This document shows, piece by piece, positions 39,110-49,034 of a stretch of DNA of 64,000 nucleotides; position 1 is the first letter of the stretch, and each line of letters starts with the position of its first letter. Origin of the DNA: Bdellovibrionota bacterium (GTDB lineage Bacteria; Bdellovibrionota_C; UBA2361; JBGSMV01). The DNA is taken from NCBI GenBank assembly GCA_041739995.1, contig JBGSMV010000047.1, forward strand, positions 224,001-288,000, given 5' to 3'. Both the position numbers and the translations under genes were made by a program. The notes beneath the pieces were generated by a model, which ran no database searches, was not told the origin of the DNA, and was given only the letters and a program-made list of their open reading frames with translations.

Positions 39110-40566
39110 TTGCCAACGCAGAATTTTGAAAAAATGCGCCCAAGAATGTCCTCTGAATAGGTGCGTCCTACCACTTCATCCAGGGCGCGAAGTGACCGCC
39201 GCACATCCTCAGAAATAATCTCCAGCGGAGAAGAGTCCGCTAGGTGCGAAAGTGCAGCAGATACCCAGTCGAGCGATTGCTCGATGCAGTTTCTTTGCCG
39301 CTCGTTGGTGACTACGTTATTAGCATGCGAAGTGTCGGGAAGACTGGATTTGACTTCTTCAACCAAGGCAGCGGTCAGTGCCTCAAGGCCCGACGATGTC
39401 TTTACCGAGACGTAGAAATTCTGGGCGCATACGGCTGAATCGCAAAGCACCTGCCCGATCGCGGCGGAGTTGAGATCGATTTTATTTACTACCATCCACA
39501 CTTTTGCTCCGCGTGAGCGAATCTCTTCGGAGAGCGCCCTCCAGTCTTGATCTTGGCTAGCTGCATCAACGACCAGCAGTACAATGTCGGCCCAGCCAAT
39601 GCGTTCTCGGGCAAGCTCTATTCCCTTCTGTTCTACCGCATCTGTGGAGTTCCGAATCCCCGCTGAGTCACAAAAGACAAAGCGATAGCCGCCAATCATC
39701 ATTTGCTCCTCAATCAAGTCACGGGTGGTTCCTGGCTGGGGGGTAACGATGGCGCGGTCTGACTTGAGAAGTTTATTGAGCAGGCTCGATTTTCCGACGT
39801 TGGCCTGACCACAAAGGAGAACACGGAATCCTTCACGCACCACGTGACCATAGGAGTAAGTTCGCAGTAGCTCGCCAAGAGAATCTTGAACTACTTTGAG
39901 GTGAGAGATCAGAGTGGTACGAGTGTCAGGTGAAATTCCTTCGTCTGGAAAATCTACACTAGCTTCGAGCTCAGCCAGGGTGTTGCGAAGTGGTTCTGCA
40001 AGCTCGTCCAGAGCGCTGCTAAATCTTCCCTTAAGATGATCGCCCGCAATCTTTAGCGCTTGCTCGCTGGTGGCACCAATCAGCTCTGCAATGGCCTCAG
40101 CTTGTACTAAGTCCATTTTTCCATTCAAGAACGCACGCAAGGTGAATTCTCCTGGTTCCGCTGGGCTGATGCCGAAGGCAAAAAGAGAGCGAAGTATTTT
40201 TTGAACTAATAGAGGGCTGCCGTGAAACTGAAACTCGGCAACGTCTTCCCCGGTAAAGCTATGTGGTCCCGGCATGAAGACGGCAAGCGCGTGATCGATG
40301 ACCTGCTCAGTTTTAAAGTCGATCAGGTCGCCAAAGACTAGAGTTCGCTCTAACGAAATCGGATCTTTTTTGCTGTGAAACAACGACTTGAGTGCGGTTT
40401 TTGTTTTTGGTCCGCTGATGCGAATGACGGCCAGGCCTGACGGGTAAGGCGCGGTGGCGAGGGCTCCGATAGTCTGAGCTTTGCTGGTCGACGCGACAGG
40501 GGCTCCTGAGGCCTCTCCCTTTGCTGTGGACGACTTAGATGATGCGGGAGATCGAGTAGCCTTCAT
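39106..40566 (-). CDS. mnmE: tRNA modification GTPase MnmE/TrmE
   Basis: SFTGEDVAE, GEFT.RAFLNGKMDL.QAE, GQANVGKSS, GTTRD, NKID and C-terminal FCVGK. Confidence 0.97.
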   Translation of the reverse strand: MKATRSPASSKSSTAKGEASGAPVASTSKAQTIGALATAPYPSGLAVIRISGPKTKTALKSLFHSKKDPISLERTLVFGDLIDFKTEQVIDHALAVFMPGPHSFTGEDVAEFQFHGSPLLVQKILRSLFAFGISPAEPGEFTLRAFLNGKMDLVQAEAIAELIGATSEQALKIAGDHLKGRFSSALDELAEPLRNTLAELEASVDFPDEGISPDTRTTLISHLKVVQDSLGELLRTYSYGHVVREGFRVLLCGQANVGKSSLLNKLLKSDRAIVTPQPGTTRDLIEEQMMIGGYRFVFCDSAGIRNSTDAVEQKGIELARERIGWADIVLLVVDAASQDQDWRALSEEIRSRGAKVWMVVNKIDLNSAAIGQVLCDSAVCAQNFYVSVKTSSGLEALTAALVEEVKSSLPDTSHANNVVTNERQRNCIEQSLDWVSAALSHLADSSPLEIISEDVRRSLRALDEVVGRTYSEDILGRIFSKFCVGK

Positions 40567-40615
40567 GAGTGCCGGGAATCCTACCCTACATTATGATTTT
40601 CGCCACAGGTCGAAC

Positions 40616-40797
40616 CTAGGAGCCTGTCACGCAGGCACAGACGACGTCCCGCCGACTTGTTCCCCGAAGCTTTCCTATCCTCCGTAGCCCTCGCGAGCGA
40701 GGAAGCAAAGGGGGAAGCCTCCTCGAATTACGCAGCAACACAGGAACATGTGGGCAAAGGCGGACCCCATAAACAGGTCTGCGTTAAAGACTCCTAG
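40616..40797. mobile_element. MITE-like element family B, copy 2
   Basis: CTAG+GAGCCTGTCACGCAG ... CTGCGTTAAAGACTC+CTAG; homologous to 8351-8503 with about 30 bp of extra internal sequence. Confidence 0.78.
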
Positions 40798-40888
40798 GTA
40801 GACGTCTCGTAAACGAGGCACCTGCGACCACCAAGACCGCACAGTTGGGATGCTCAAAAGCCCCGACAAGAACCTAACGAAAAACTCA

Positions 40889-42667
40889 TTAAATGAGCGT
40901 GAGTACGTACGCGACCCCAAATATTGCCACGCTTGCGAACGCGGTCGCGCGCCCAGGATTCGCGTGAGTGTCGTTCCTCAAGTAGGCCTGCTGGATAAGC
41001 GAAATTGATGTGTTGGTAAGCATATAAAGCGCGAGTCCAGACGGAAACGGGAAAATTAAAAAGCTTATTGGAAAGACGGCTGACAGCCAAAGCCTCATTT
41101 TCTTCTGGGCCGGGTCAACAGAAGGCATTGGGGTTGTCCACTGCTGGAAAAACATCGCAGCACCCATAAGCAAAATCATAACGGGAATGTTGATGCCCAC
41201 GAAGGTAAGGCTTTCGGGCACAGAGAGGTCAGTTACCCAGAGCGCGAATGGCGCGTGACGAAGTTCAAGTGCATGCAGCAAGGCGCTGTAGAGTCCAAAG
41301 AACACGGGAATCTGAAGTAAGATCGGCAGACATCCGCCCAGAGGGTTCACGCCCTTGCGCTTGTAAAGCTGCATGAGTTCTTGATTGAGTTGTGTCGGAT
41401 CCTTAATACGTTCGCGCAGAGCCTTCATTTCAGGTTGCAGCTCTTGCATCGACTTCATCGAGCGCAGACTGGCGCGCGTAAGCGGAAAGAACAGCCCTTT
41501 AATGAGGAGAGTCAGCCCTACAATGGCGAGACCGTAGTTTCCAAAAACCGAGTGAAAGAGTTTTATGAGAATAAGCAACGGATAGGCAAGAAAGGAGAAG
41601 AATCCTAGGTCCACGGTTCTTTCCATCTCGCTGCCCGCGTCTTGCAGCACCTCGTAGTCCTTCGGTCCCGTAAACACGGTGAAGTCCCCGCCACTGGGAC
41701 TCCCAGAAACACGGTGTAAAAACTGCGGTCCAATGCGCCCATATCGAGCGTTCAGCCCACGAGTTTCTGGAAGCAAGATTGCTGCGAAATACTTATCTGA
41801 CAGAGCAAGCCACTGTGCCGCACTCGGCTGACTAAGGCCGTCGAGCGTGAGTGAATGCAGCGTAATGTTTTCTATTTTGCTGGCCTCTGAGAAGAGTGTG
41901 AAGTGCCAAGGATCAATGGGGTCCTCGGCAATAGCTTTTGGAAGAAATCGCGACCATTCAAGCCAGACCTTTGTGCCGTCTTCGGCTGGGCTATCAAGCG
42001 CGACGGTGATGTTCAGAAGGTACGTGTCAGCGTGAAATCGAATAGTCTTAGAAATTGTCGATTCGTCGGGAAGGGTGCCGCGTAGCGTAATGTTGATCTC
42101 TTTGCCGGGCTCTACATGGAGTTCGCCTCGATTGTTACTGGCGCCAGCCGGTTCAATGTTTGCGATTTGATACTCGGTCCGAAGATCGCTTCTTTGTCCT
42201 GAGTATACGCCGAGAGGGAGTACTCCACCTTCAGCGGAGCTGACGAGATCGAGCAGGTCGTCTCCCGCGAAGACTGCTTTGTGATTTTTTAGCCTTAAGC
42301 TGGTGAGTCGTCCGCCAAGATGGGTGAGTGATGCGATGTAGAGCGGAGTTTCGATGGTGGTGACCCCAGCTGCGGCAAGTTCGGCTGGAGTCGGTGGTAG
42401 CTCGGTTTTAGGAGCGGAGGTAATGCCAGCGGTGTTTCCTATGGGCGCAGGGGCGATATTCTGTGATGCGCTAAGGGTAGTGCTGGTTTTAGGCAATGTT
42501 GCGGAGTTTATAGGTTCCGACTTAGGAGCGGCCTCGCGCGATGCCGAAGTTTCAGTGCTCGAAGAAGTAGCGCCTGGGCGCATCGACGGTGCGAGTACCG
42601 TCTCCGAGTACAGCATCACGATCATGATGATCAGGAGAATGGCGATTGCGGTGCGTTTGTCTTCCAT
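40889..42667 (-). CDS. yidC: Membrane protein insertase YidC
   Basis: DKYFAA, GPK, VDLGFF, GNYGLAI, NPLGGCLP.L.Q.PVF and PSGL.LY motifs. Confidence 0.96.
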   Translation of the reverse strand: MEDKRTAIAILLIIMIVMLYSETVLAPSMRPGATSSSTETSASREAAPKSEPINSATLPKTSTTLSASQNIAPAPIGNTAGITSAPKTELPPTPAELAAAGVTTIETPLYIASLTHLGGRLTSLRLKNHKAVFAGDDLLDLVSSAEGGVLPLGVYSGQRSDLRTEYQIANIEPAGASNNRGELHVEPGKEINITLRGTLPDESTISKTIRFHADTYLLNITVALDSPAEDGTKVWLEWSRFLPKAIAEDPIDPWHFTLFSEASKIENITLHSLTLDGLSQPSAAQWLALSDKYFAAILLPETRGLNARYGRIGPQFLHRVSGSPSGGDFTVFTGPKDYEVLQDAGSEMERTVDLGFFSFLAYPLLILIKLFHSVFGNYGLAIVGLTLLIKGLFFPLTRASLRSMKSMQELQPEMKALRERIKDPTQLNQELMQLYKRKGVNPLGGCLPILLQIPVFFGLYSALLHALELRHAPFALWVTDLSVPESLTFVGINIPVMILLMGAAMFFQQWTTPMPSVDPAQKKMRLWLSAVFPISFLIFPFPSGLALYMLTNTSISLIQQAYLRNDTHANPGRATAFASVAIFGVAYVLTLI

Positions 42668-42701
42668 GAAGTAATTTCCAAGTCGATCAGCTGAAATACG
42701 A

Positions 42702-43211
42702 TTAGTTAAATGAATGAGTAGTTGTGGCGCCTAAAGATCTCGAGTGCTGCCCGTGGTTGCCGTGAAACGCGGAATGCTCAACATGATACTTTGTTAAACA
42801 AGCGCTGTGCTTTGCTGAGCAAGGCTCAGCGGCCGAGTTTCTTGAAGGGGGAACAGGATCTAGCCCCCACTCGCACAGCGGATTGCAGCGAGCTATCCGT
42901 AGGGCGCTGAGCAACAGCCCGCGAGTAACGCCGTGCACCTCGCAGGCTTCTACGCAGTACTGGCTGCAGCTTGGCTCAAAGCGACAGCAGTTCCCAAAAA
43001 AAGGAGAGAGTAAAAGTTTGTATAAGCGTTGAGTGCTCTTCAAGAGAAATAGAGTTAGCTGGTGGATCGCAGACTTTTCTGGCGGCGAGGCCTGTCTGTT
43101 CAAGAGCTGTGGTGAAGAGTGACGCCTAAACACAGTGATCACTAAATAAGCAGAAAAATAATGAGCAAAAAAAAATGAGCAGAGTCGACATCTGCACCAT
43201 TCAAACTTCAA
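42702..43211 (-). CDS. yidD: Membrane protein insertion efficiency factor YidD (true start probably downstream of 43211)
   Basis: Y...LSP..G..CRFEPSCSQY and RI.RCNP....G.DPVP; located between rnpA and yidC. Confidence 0.88.
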   Translation of the reverse strand: MKFEWCRCRLCSFFFAHYFSAYLVITVFRRHSSPQLLNRQASPPEKSAIHQLTLFLLKSTQRLYKLLLSPFFGNCCRFEPSCSQYCVEACEVHGVTRGLLLSALRIARCNPLCEWGLDPVPPSRNSAAEPCSAKHSACLTKYHVEHSAFHGNHGQHSRSLGATTTHSFN

Positions 43212-43580
43212 CTATTGAGACGCTGGTTTTATGATTCCTCCGCGCTCCATAGCGCTGAACAGTTCTTCTCGTATCTGATTGAACTGACAGGACAAAGCAT
43301 CTTTGCGTGCGATGATAAGGATGTCAAAGCTTCCAGCGAACTGATGTCTCGTCAGTCGAAAGAAGTCTTTGAGGCGACGGCGTAGCAGGTTTCTCCGAGC
43401 GGCGCTTGGCTCCAGCTTCTTTGTTACTGCGACCGCGAGGCGCGAGGCTTCCGAGGGCGAGCGGTCGAGGACGATTAGAAAGTGAGGGGCATACAGTTTT
43501 CGACCGCGCGTCTTCAGTCGAGCAAAATCTTTCTTGTTTCTAAGGCGCGCGTCCTTACCAAAGCCGTATGTTGGAATCAC
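43212..43580 (-). CDS. rnpA: Ribonuclease P protein component
   Basis: RL...KDF, RLAVAVTKK and A.RRNLLRRRLKDFFR (RNR motif); synteny. Confidence 0.92.
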   Translation of the reverse strand: MIPTYGFGKDARLRNKKDFARLKTRGRKLYAPHFLIVLDRSPSEASRLAVAVTKKLEPSAARRNLLRRRLKDFFRLTRHQFAGSFDILIIARKDALSCQFNQIREELFSAMERGGIIKPASQ

Positions 43581-43761
43581 TGCAGGTGCTTCCTGGCGTC
43601 GAATGTTTAGAGGCAGTCAAAACTTGGAGTCGAACCCGTTCGTGGGGTTGACCGCAGAATATACCAAGCTGCTCTGTTTTGGGCCGGGCATGTTGACCCG
43701 AACTCCGTGGCTTTAACTAAATCAATTCTGCTTGAAATTTCTTCTCAAAGTTAAGGCAGCT

Positions 43762-43929
43762 TTAATTGGTTCTGTAATGGCCCTTACGCGGAGAGGACAC
43801 TGATATTGCGTGTCTGCCCTTGCGTCGACGTGCCGACAACACCTTTTGGCCGCCTTTTTTGAGCATGCGCTTTCTAAAGCCATGAGTAGAGTGACGAGAC
43901 TTCTTGCTGGGTTGGTATGTACGCTTCAT
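43762..43929 (-). CDS. rpmH: 50S ribosomal protein L34 (55 aa, C-terminally extended)
   Basis: MKRTYQPS...HGFRKRM...GG.KVL.ARRRKGR. Confidence 0.96.
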   Translation of the reverse strand: MKRTYQPSKKSRHSTHGFRKRMLKKGGQKVLSARRRKGRHAISVSSPRKGHYRTN

Positions 43930-44346
43930 AAACTTCTCTACTGCACTCGCTTTCCACGCGTCTATCGAAGAGCAAATCAAAAAGAAGGCTGATAACTAAA
44001 AATCAACCATTCTGCGCGGGGTCTCCGCTTTTGAATGTAACAGTTCCGCCCCTTGGGCAGTTCGCTGTTCGCTGCAGTTCGCTATTATCACGGCTGATTT
44101 CGAGGGGAGTCGCAAACCTCGAATCTACTTTGTAAGCGTGGTCTTATACGCAATTGGGGGCATACAAATCAAACCTCCAGGAGCTCATTCCTCCAAATTG
44201 CTAGGTTTTGAGGGGCGTTCCACGGTGCTCTATGTTCTCAAGTAAGATGTCGAAGCTGGTCTAACACATTGAATTTGCTAAATTTATCGTCGAAATGGAG
44301 GATTTGCCTCAAAATTCATTGTTACTGAGCCTCTTCCTCCCGCTGG

Positions 44347-45474
44347 ATGTGCATAATCTGGGGTATGCCACCACCTGAACAGACTCCAGAACGGAAGCCC
44401 TCAGACGACTGCGGGCCGCTTCAAATGCCGGAGACAGCGCGAGCTCGAACTCAATTTTTGGGAAGTGCTAATGATTCTGCCCAGCTCTCGAAGAGAATTC
44501 GCGAGGAGCTAGGGACTGACGGCTTCACTCCCAGCCTGTCTCAGATAGCCCATATTCGAGATCACCTTGTTTCCGTAGTTACTGACGCGTTCGAACTCAA
44601 GGTAGGGCAAGAGTCTACATTAGATAGTCCCCTGCTTTGTATCGGTAACACTTACTGTCCGACCTATCTTGAGAAGGAAAAGGAGCGGGGGTTTCTTCAC
44701 GACTACGGATGTGAAGTTTCTTGGGACTTGGACGTAAGTGACTTCGTCGTTCAGTTCGTAACAAAAACCAGAGAGCTGGTGACTGAGGGGCGCGACCTTG
44801 AGGAATCGGCCCAGGTTGCGCTTATTCATATAGCAAGAGACGCCGCCGACTCTCATTTGACGTCGCTTAGTCCTACAGGAGAGGGGCGCTGGATGACATT
44901 TAAGGATGCGATCGATGAGTTAAGGGCGAGAGTTCCCATCGAAGAAAAGGATTTTTCTGGCCGCATAAGCGTCCTGAAGAACTTCGGGAAAGTCTCATCC
45001 GATTGTCAGAATGCTCTCTGTGAGGACTCTCTATCTGAAATGCGCAGAGTGCACCTCGTTGATCACTCTGCCAGGATGCACCAGACGATTGAGATTTTCA
45101 GTCTCGCAAGGGCTAAGTCTCTTGCAGAGAGTTCGACAACTCCTACCCGGGACCTCTACAAAATGGCGAGAGACCAAGGAGATCTTGCAACGCCTGAGTT
45201 TACCCAGCAGCTCGCAATATCGACTGTCTATGAATCCATTGCTTCGAGACGAAATTGGGGCCTGCCAGAGGCGGAGTCGGTGACTGAACAGATCCAGCTT
45301 GCCTGCGAGCGTTCAGAAGAACTAATTAAAGAGCACACCAAGCGTTTTGAGAGTGTGAAAGACTCCGCTGCCCAGGTCCGTGCCAATCAGCGGGACTATG
45401 TCGCTTACGCCACCGCAATGCGCGACGCTGTTGTGCAGCACAAGCCGTTCCTGCTGGAGTATTTTAACTCGTAA
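44347..45474 (+). CDS. Hypothetical helical protein
   Basis: 375-aa ORF divergent from rpmH; no DnaA or other motif; start may be ATG 44365. Confidence 0.6.
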   Translation: MCIIWGMPPPEQTPERKPSDDCGPLQMPETARARTQFLGSANDSAQLSKRIREELGTDGFTPSLSQIAHIRDHLVSVVTDAFELKVGQESTLDSPLLCIGNTYCPTYLEKEKERGFLHDYGCEVSWDLDVSDFVVQFVTKTRELVTEGRDLEESAQVALIHIARDAADSHLTSLSPTGEGRWMTFKDAIDELRARVPIEEKDFSGRISVLKNFGKVSSDCQNALCEDSLSEMRRVHLVDHSARMHQTIEIFSLARAKSLAESSTTPTRDLYKMARDQGDLATPEFTQQLAISTVYESIASRRNWGLPEAESVTEQIQLACERSEELIKEHTKRFESVKDSAAQVRANQRDYVAYATAMRDAVVQHKPFLLEYFNS

Positions 45475-45486
45475 AATTCAACCCAG

Positions 45487-45518
45487 ATGAGGCTTAGGGA
45501 CTAAACGAAGGCGTCATC
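45487..45518. terminator. Possible bidirectional hairpin between convergent genes
   Basis: GATGAGGCTT...AAGGCGTCATC imperfect stem between the stops at 45474 and 45519; no U-tract. Confidence 0.3.
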
Positions 45519-46481
45519 CTAGCAACTCGAAGTTTCAAGGTGCTTGGTCACATAGTCACGTACGGAATCTTCGAGCGAACTAAACGGCTCGGCGTAACCA
45601 GCAGCGCGCAGATGATCGAGAGAGGCTTCAGTGAAGTACTGGTACTGACCCCTTAAGTGTTCAGGCATCTCAATGTATCGAATGCGAGCAGGAAGTTTGA
45701 GGGCAGAGTACACTGAGTTAACCAGATCATTCCACGAGCGGGCTTTCCCGCTTCCTACATTAAACAATCCTGTGACCGAGTGATTCTCAAGCAGCCACCA
45801 CATTAACTTGCAGCAATCCTTAACGTAGACGAAGTCGCGTTTCTGTTCGCCATCGGCAAACTCAGGGCGATACGACTTGAAGAGTTGCACTTCCCCACTG
45901 GTCTTAATTTGTTGCCATGACTTTAGAACAACACTCGACATGTCGCCCTTGAACGATTCGCCGGGACCAAAAACATTGAAAAACTTTAAGCCAACTGCTT
46001 TAGGTGAGAACGCGCGGCTTTGCATCCACTGGTCGAAGGCATGTTTGGAAAATCCGTAAGGATTGAGCGGATGGAGAGATTCGAGGTTTGCCTTATCTGA
46101 ATACCCGTTCTCGCCCGCGCCATATGTGGCCGCACTACTCGCATATACAAGTCGCACATCGTGACGTTCGCAATACTCGGCGACCGCACAGGAATATCGA
46201 AAGTTATTCCGCATCAGAAAGTCCGCATCCATCTCGGTGGTTGAAGAGCAAGCGCCCATGTGCACTATCGCGCTGGGTGTTTTGGTGAGGCGGTCGCTTT
46301 GAATGAGCTCAAGGAACTCATCACGGTGCATGTAGTCACTAAAGCTCTTGCCGGTAAGGTTTTTCCAACGACCAGAGCGCTCAAGTACGTCCACCACTAG
46401 GATCTCTTTGATGCCCTTGGAATTGAGAAAGGAAACGAAGGCGCTGCCAATAAAACCCGCGCCTCCAGTAACGATGTACAT
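45519..46481 (-). CDS. hldD: ADP-L-glycero-D-manno-heptose 6-epimerase
   Basis: IVTGGAGFIGS, HMGACSSTTE, YASSAATYG, PLNPYGFSK, RDFVYVKD, YQYFTEA; SD GGAGG before ATG 46481. Confidence 0.95.
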   Translation of the reverse strand: MYIVTGGAGFIGSAFVSFLNSKGIKEILVVDVLERSGRWKNLTGKSFSDYMHRDEFLELIQSDRLTKTPSAIVHMGACSSTTEMDADFLMRNNFRYSCAVAEYCERHDVRLVYASSAATYGAGENGYSDKANLESLHPLNPYGFSKHAFDQWMQSRAFSPKAVGLKFFNVFGPGESFKGDMSSVVLKSWQQIKTSGEVQLFKSYRPEFADGEQKRDFVYVKDCCKLMWWLLENHSVTGLFNVGSGKARSWNDLVNSVYSALKLPARIRYIEMPEHLRGQYQYFTEASLDHLRAAGYAEPFSSLEDSVRDYVTKHLETSSC

Positions 46482-46567
46482 CAATCCTCCAATAGAATTT
46501 CCAACAAGAAATACCGCCACGCGATAATAGCGAGCGAGAGACTCTCAGGAAACCTTTTCCGCCAGAC

Positions 46568-48760
46568 CTATCGTAAACGAATATTGCGAACTGCTACACC
46601 CAAGGGGCGCGGATCTTGGCTAAGCCCTTGAAGGCGTGGAGATCTTACTATCGCGACTTTCGCCAAAAGGGTCGGGGAAGCCAGTAAATCCTTAAGGGGC
46701 ACCTGCAACGTTACGGGAGTCCATTCACCACTTGGAAGTGCAGTCTGCTGCTGCCAAGCCCCGTTTGAGAAAGAAACTGAGTTTTCACTCCACGGACTCA
46801 TCAGCTCCAGGCCTAAGGAAATGAACTCAGAATTTAGTGGTGCACGGAGAGCGCTCGAAAAATCAGTGAGTTCCAGATAAGAAGCGCGACCAGCAAGCCA
46901 GCAATATTCTTCTGAATGGTCGTCACCCGAAGCGGATTCGGGTGTGGCGGACCCTGTTGTTCCGGGTTCTGTTGTGGTTGCGCAGTTCTTCGAAGTCGGG
47001 TCAGCCAATTTGATTTGAAGAGAGTACCCCCCACTTGCTTTGGCATGTTGTTCGAGCGCTGCGGTTAGGGCGGCTCCCTCGGAGGGAACGAGAATACTGA
47101 TTTCAGGGTTGGCAATGATTCGCTGAGTCTTTTTATCTCCTTCGAACCGTTCGGTTTCTTGAAAGAGCGCTTGCTCTGTGGAATTGATTCCTAGTGCCTG
47201 GGAAATCACAAACTTCGAAAATCCCTTTTGGTAAAGAGCCACCAGGCTTTCGTTGCCCTGATTAAATCGGGCGCGTGGGCCAATTGAGAAAGTAGAAACC
47301 GGAAGTTGAAGCTGCCCAGCGATGGCAATCTGCTCAAAGGGTGAGCTCTGTTCGATTTGTGGAAGGCGGTTCAAAAACTGTGCTCGTGACTCCACGAAGC
47401 TGACCGCTTCAGCTCGTTCGGTGAGAGAGCGCCAAAATGGGAATACCGCACATAGCAGGGCCGCGACCCCCAGCACTACTTTGCGAGGGCGTTCGCCGAG
47501 CTGCAACCACTGTATGCAGTGATGCAGTGCTACCGCCGCGCTTATGCACATGAAAGGCAGAAACACTAACATATTGCGGGTAAAGTTAGTCTTTTGACTC
47601 AGCATCAGCCCGAAAAATACAAGTGGAAATATTATGAACAAGAGGTTGGGCTGGAACGGACGGCGAAAGAAAGTCAGCATTCCCAGCAATCCAAGGGCGG
47701 TAGCCACGGGACCGAGTGCTTGGAAGCTTAGCCACTCAAGATAGAACATAAACTGAGCAGAACCCGGGGTAGTCATGTGCCCCTCGTGACCAACCACACC
47801 GTAGTGCCATATCTCGTAGGCGACCTGGTCTAAAAACTGAGGGATGTGAGCCAGGCTAAATGGCGTTGCCACAAGAAATCCGAACACAATGCTCGCGCAC
47901 ACGAGAGCGAGATTCTTGAGGTGTGGGCCGTATGAGAGGAGGCACCAAGCGATTGGTACTAGAACGATAGGTGCGGCGTTGTACTTAGACGAGATCGCAA
48001 GGCCGGCAACTAATCCGCACCCGAGTAGCGGTAGAAGTACATTGCGTTTCTGTGAGTCCAGTTCTTGAGAGCCGCGCCTATGCGAACACAGCGCAATCCA
48101 CACGCACCACACCGACATCAGCATCATGAGAATATCAACGCCAATGATTGCTCCTTCGGAAACGAGTGGAGGCGAGGTTGCAATTAAAAGCCCCGCCAGC
48201 AGAGTGGCTGAGAGGGAGCGAGACAGCCGCCATGTAATAGAGATACTCAGAAGCAGCGTCAGAATCCCAAGTGCGACCGTGAGAAGGCGACTGCCTTTGA
48301 CGATGCCTGGATGGGAAGCGGAAAACGAGTAACCCGCGACACCAAATTTATCTCTGGTAGTCACATCCTGAATTGATCTGATATGTCCTTCACGAACGCC
48401 CCATAAGAACGAGCCAGCAAACACCGGCATGCGAAGATAAAAATGCAGAGATGGCTTGTGGAAGTACTGAGGGTCGAGGCGACCTTCCTTCATCATTTCC
48501 GCTAGTCGATTAAAGTGGTGGGCTTCGTCCTCTCGAGTAAAAAACGGCAAGCCTTCATTGATGCGTGGAAGCCTTAGCCAGCAGGCTAACAAAACGATTG
48601 CCACAAGCAGCAATCGTTTTGGCCAGCTGTTGAGGCTGGGCCAGACGCTGCAATGCGCAGAGCTGTCGCGGGCGGATAAGGATGGCTGGTGGGTGAGTAG
48701 GCTTGAGGCACGCTCTGTCGAGTGCCATTCGTCGCTAGGATATTCAGCTGGCTGTGTCAT
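46568..48760 (-). CDS. GT-C membrane glycosyltransferase (ArnT/PMT, family 39-like)
   Basis: LRL...GLP....DE motif; GLA.SSKYNA; about 11 TM helices plus a C-terminal periplasmic domain. Confidence 0.8.
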   Translation of the reverse strand: MTQPAEYPSDEWHSTERASSLLTHQPSLSARDSSAHCSVWPSLNSWPKRLLLVAIVLLACWLRLPRINEGLPFFTREDEAHHFNRLAEMMKEGRLDPQYFHKPSLHFYLRMPVFAGSFLWGVREGHIRSIQDVTTRDKFGVAGYSFSASHPGIVKGSRLLTVALGILTLLLSISITWRLSRSLSATLLAGLLIATSPPLVSEGAIIGVDILMMLMSVWCVWIALCSHRRGSQELDSQKRNVLLPLLGCGLVAGLAISSKYNAAPIVLVPIAWCLLSYGPHLKNLALVCASIVFGFLVATPFSLAHIPQFLDQVAYEIWHYGVVGHEGHMTTPGSAQFMFYLEWLSFQALGPVATALGLLGMLTFFRRPFQPNLLFIIFPLVFFGLMLSQKTNFTRNMLVFLPFMCISAAVALHHCIQWLQLGERPRKVVLGVAALLCAVFPFWRSLTERAEAVSFVESRAQFLNRLPQIEQSSPFEQIAIAGQLQLPVSTFSIGPRARFNQGNESLVALYQKGFSKFVISQALGINSTEQALFQETERFEGDKKTQRIIANPEISILVPSEGAALTAALEQHAKASGGYSLQIKLADPTSKNCATTTEPGTTGSATPESASGDDHSEEYCWLAGRASYLELTDFSSALRAPLNSEFISLGLELMSPWSENSVSFSNGAWQQQTALPSGEWTPVTLQVPLKDLLASPTLLAKVAIVRSPRLQGLSQDPRPLGVAVRNIRLR

Positions 48761-49034
48761 GTCAGAGTCCTGTCCTTAGATGGCAGGGCGTTGGTAATTA
48801 GTGGGATACTGTAGGCGGCAGTATTACGCAGCCTCGATCGAATTGGGAGAGGCTATTAGAAATTGAGCAGCACCGGGGCGACTCTGGGGCGCTTAAAGTA
48901 TAGTGCTGGTCGCCGCACGTCTGTGAGTGGGCGAGGGCCGGAGTTGGTTTGACTAGCACTCTGGGCGCATTTACCGTCTGGCTGTTCCACCTTTTTGGAC
49001 GAGCCCGTCGTGGCTCGAATCACGGTTCTCATAG

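Noticed and set aside
43930..44346. oriC next to rpmH
   Set aside because: No dnaA gene, and no convincing DnaA boxes or DUE.
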